This document shows positions 62,774 through 64,000 of a stretch of DNA of 64,000 nt, piece by piece. The notes beneath the pieces are model-generated. The model worked only from the letters and a program-made list of their open reading frames with translations, did not search any database and was not told where the DNA came from. The DNA lies in NCBI GenBank assembly GCA_041690395.1, contig JAWLHJ010000002.1:228707-292706 (forward strand), in the 5' to 3' direction. The position numbers were made by a program, and so were the translations under genes. The number at the start of each line of letters is the position of its first letter. Within the stretch, counting starts at the first letter, position 1. Source of the stretch: Longimicrobiales bacterium (lineage in GTDB: Bacteria; Gemmatimonadota; Gemmatimonadetes; Longimicrobiales; Gaopeijiaceae).

Positions 62774-63742
62774 GTGCGCCTCGCGGTCCTGACCCGCGAC
62801 GACGTCGTGGCGGCCGTCCCCATGCCGGCGGCCATCGACGCCGTGGCGGGCGCGTACTCGGAGCTGTCCCGGGGCCGGGCGCAGTCGCCGGTCCGCCTCG
62901 GGCTCCACGCCCCCCTCGGCACGTCGCTCTTCATGCCCGGCTACCTCGAGGAGTCGGGGGCCCTGGGCGCGAAGATCGTGTCCGTCTTCCAGAGGAACCC
63001 CGAGCGGGGGCTTCCCTCGATCAACGGGATCGTGCTCCTGCTCGACCCCGAGACCGGCCTGCCCATGGCCATCATGGACGGGACGTACCTGACGGCGCTC
63101 CGGACCGGAGCGGGCTCAGGGGTCGCGACGCGGGCGCTGGCGCGCGAGGACGCGCACGTCCTCACCGTCTACGGGGCGGGCGGACAGGCGCGAGCCCAGA
63201 TCGACGCGGTCCGGGCCGTGCGGGACATCCGGGAGGTCAGGATCGTCTCCCGGACGGGCGAGTCCGCTCGCTCACTCGCGGCCGAGCTCGAGGGCGTCGA
63301 AGCACGCGCCGTGGACGACCCCGCCGAGGCCGCCCGTGGCGCCGACGTGATCTGCGCCGCGACTACCAGCGCGACCCCGGTCTTCCCGGACGACGCCGTC
63401 AGCCCCGGCGCGCACATCAACGGCGTCGGCTCGTTCAAGCCCGAGATGCAGGAGATCGCCGGCGGGCTGCTCCTTAGAGCCCGCGTCTTCGTCGACGCCC
63501 GGGACGCCGCCCTGGAAGAAGCCGGCGACCTCATCATCCCGATCCGCGAGGGCCTCTTCACAGAGGATCACATCGCCGCCGACATCGGCGAGGTCCTCGA
63601 CGGCCGCGCGCAGGGACGCCAGAACGCGGACCAGATCACCTATTTCAAGTCGGTAGGCAACGCCGTCCAGGACGTGGCGGTGGCATTGCTGGCCGTGCGC
63701 GAAGCCGAGCGCAAGGGCCTCGGCCAGACCATCGACCTGTAA
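62774..63742 (+). CDS. Ornithine cyclodeaminase/mu-crystallin family protein
   Basis: LFMPGY, KIVSVF, LTALRTGA, YGAGGQA, HINGVGSF, EAGDL, FKSVGNAVQD. Confidence 0.92.
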   Translation: MRLAVLTRDDVVAAVPMPAAIDAVAGAYSELSRGRAQSPVRLGLHAPLGTSLFMPGYLEESGALGAKIVSVFQRNPERGLPSINGIVLLLDPETGLPMAIMDGTYLTALRTGAGSGVATRALAREDAHVLTVYGAGGQARAQIDAVRAVRDIREVRIVSRTGESARSLAAELEGVEARAVDDPAEAARGADVICAATTSATPVFPDDAVSPGAHINGVGSFKPEMQEIAGGLLLRARVFVDARDAALEEAGDLIIPIREGLFTEDHIAADIGEVLDGRAQGRQNADQITYFKSVGNAVQDVAVALLAVREAERKGLGQTIDL

Positions 63743-63755
63743 CGCCGGTCGCGCC

Positions 63756-63932
63756 GCTCGGGTGCGAAGCACCTCGAGCGCACCGCCCCCCAGCCCGTCG
63801 ACTCCCCGCGGGCGTGAGGAGGTGAGAAGGACCGCCCGGAGGCGAAGCGCGGAGCGGTCGCCCTCAGGGGGCTCGGATGCGCAGCATCCGGAGCGCAGCG
63901 CCCCCCTGAGGGCGACCGCTCCGCGCTTCGCC
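63756..63932. repeat. REP-like palindromic repeat cluster between convergent genes
   Basis: Two ~36-bp imperfect direct copies (63756-63791, 63871-63906) and a perfect 31-bp inverted repeat (63841-63871 / 63902-63932). Confidence 0.75.
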
Positions 63933-63949
63933 GCACAACCCAAAAGCCC

Positions 63950-64000
63950 CTAAAGCACCTGCTCCATCTCCTCGTCCGCCAACGAGTCCGGCCTCTCCCA
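63950..64000 (-). CDS. Probable 3' end of a gene extending beyond the window
   Basis: Open frame WERPDSLADEEMEQVL then TAG, converging on the repeat cluster; too short to identify. Confidence 0.4.
   Translation of the reverse strand, partial: WERPDSLADEEMEQVL

Overview
Gene-dense, very GC-rich bacterial chromosomal segment (GC not computed). The gene content (SusC/SusD pair, DUF1592/DUF1552/ankyrin trio, VPS10-type propeller, stand-alone proline dehydrogenase) would fit a Gemmatimonadota-like organism, but that is inference. About 49 CDS are supported. In order: a PA0069-type radical SAM gene; proBA; a nucleotidyltransferase and sodium:solute symporter; a GT2; a molybdoenzyme module (fused 4Fe-4S/NrfD subunit, Cys-liganded catalytic subunit without a clear Tat signal, TorD chaperone); a class II-like photolyase with DUF2177; an eight-gene heme operon (hemB-A-C-D-L-E-H-G/Y, with no hemF, hemN or hemQ); MscS; a dienelactone hydrolase; a membrane MutS-like ATPase; a MASE1 hybrid kinase; a Tat amidase with a small partner; and a large arginine/ornithine/proline-catabolic region. 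In that region proline dehydrogenase and P5C dehydrogenase are separated by a ~14.6 kb block of seven predicted exported proteins (SusC, SusD, atypical creatininase, VPS10 propeller, diheme DUF1592 protein, DUF1552, ankyrin protein). Non-coding structure includes a 305-bp nested-palindrome MITE/REP-like element, a REP-like cluster at the right end, ARG-box-like motifs between susC and pruA, and a probable leaderless promoter with a direct-repeat operator upstream of the radical SAM gene. No rRNA, tRNA, CRISPR array or transposase was seen. Many starts were moved downstream of the ORF-track starts using RBS, gene overlap and domain boundaries. All family calls come from motif recognition, not database searches.
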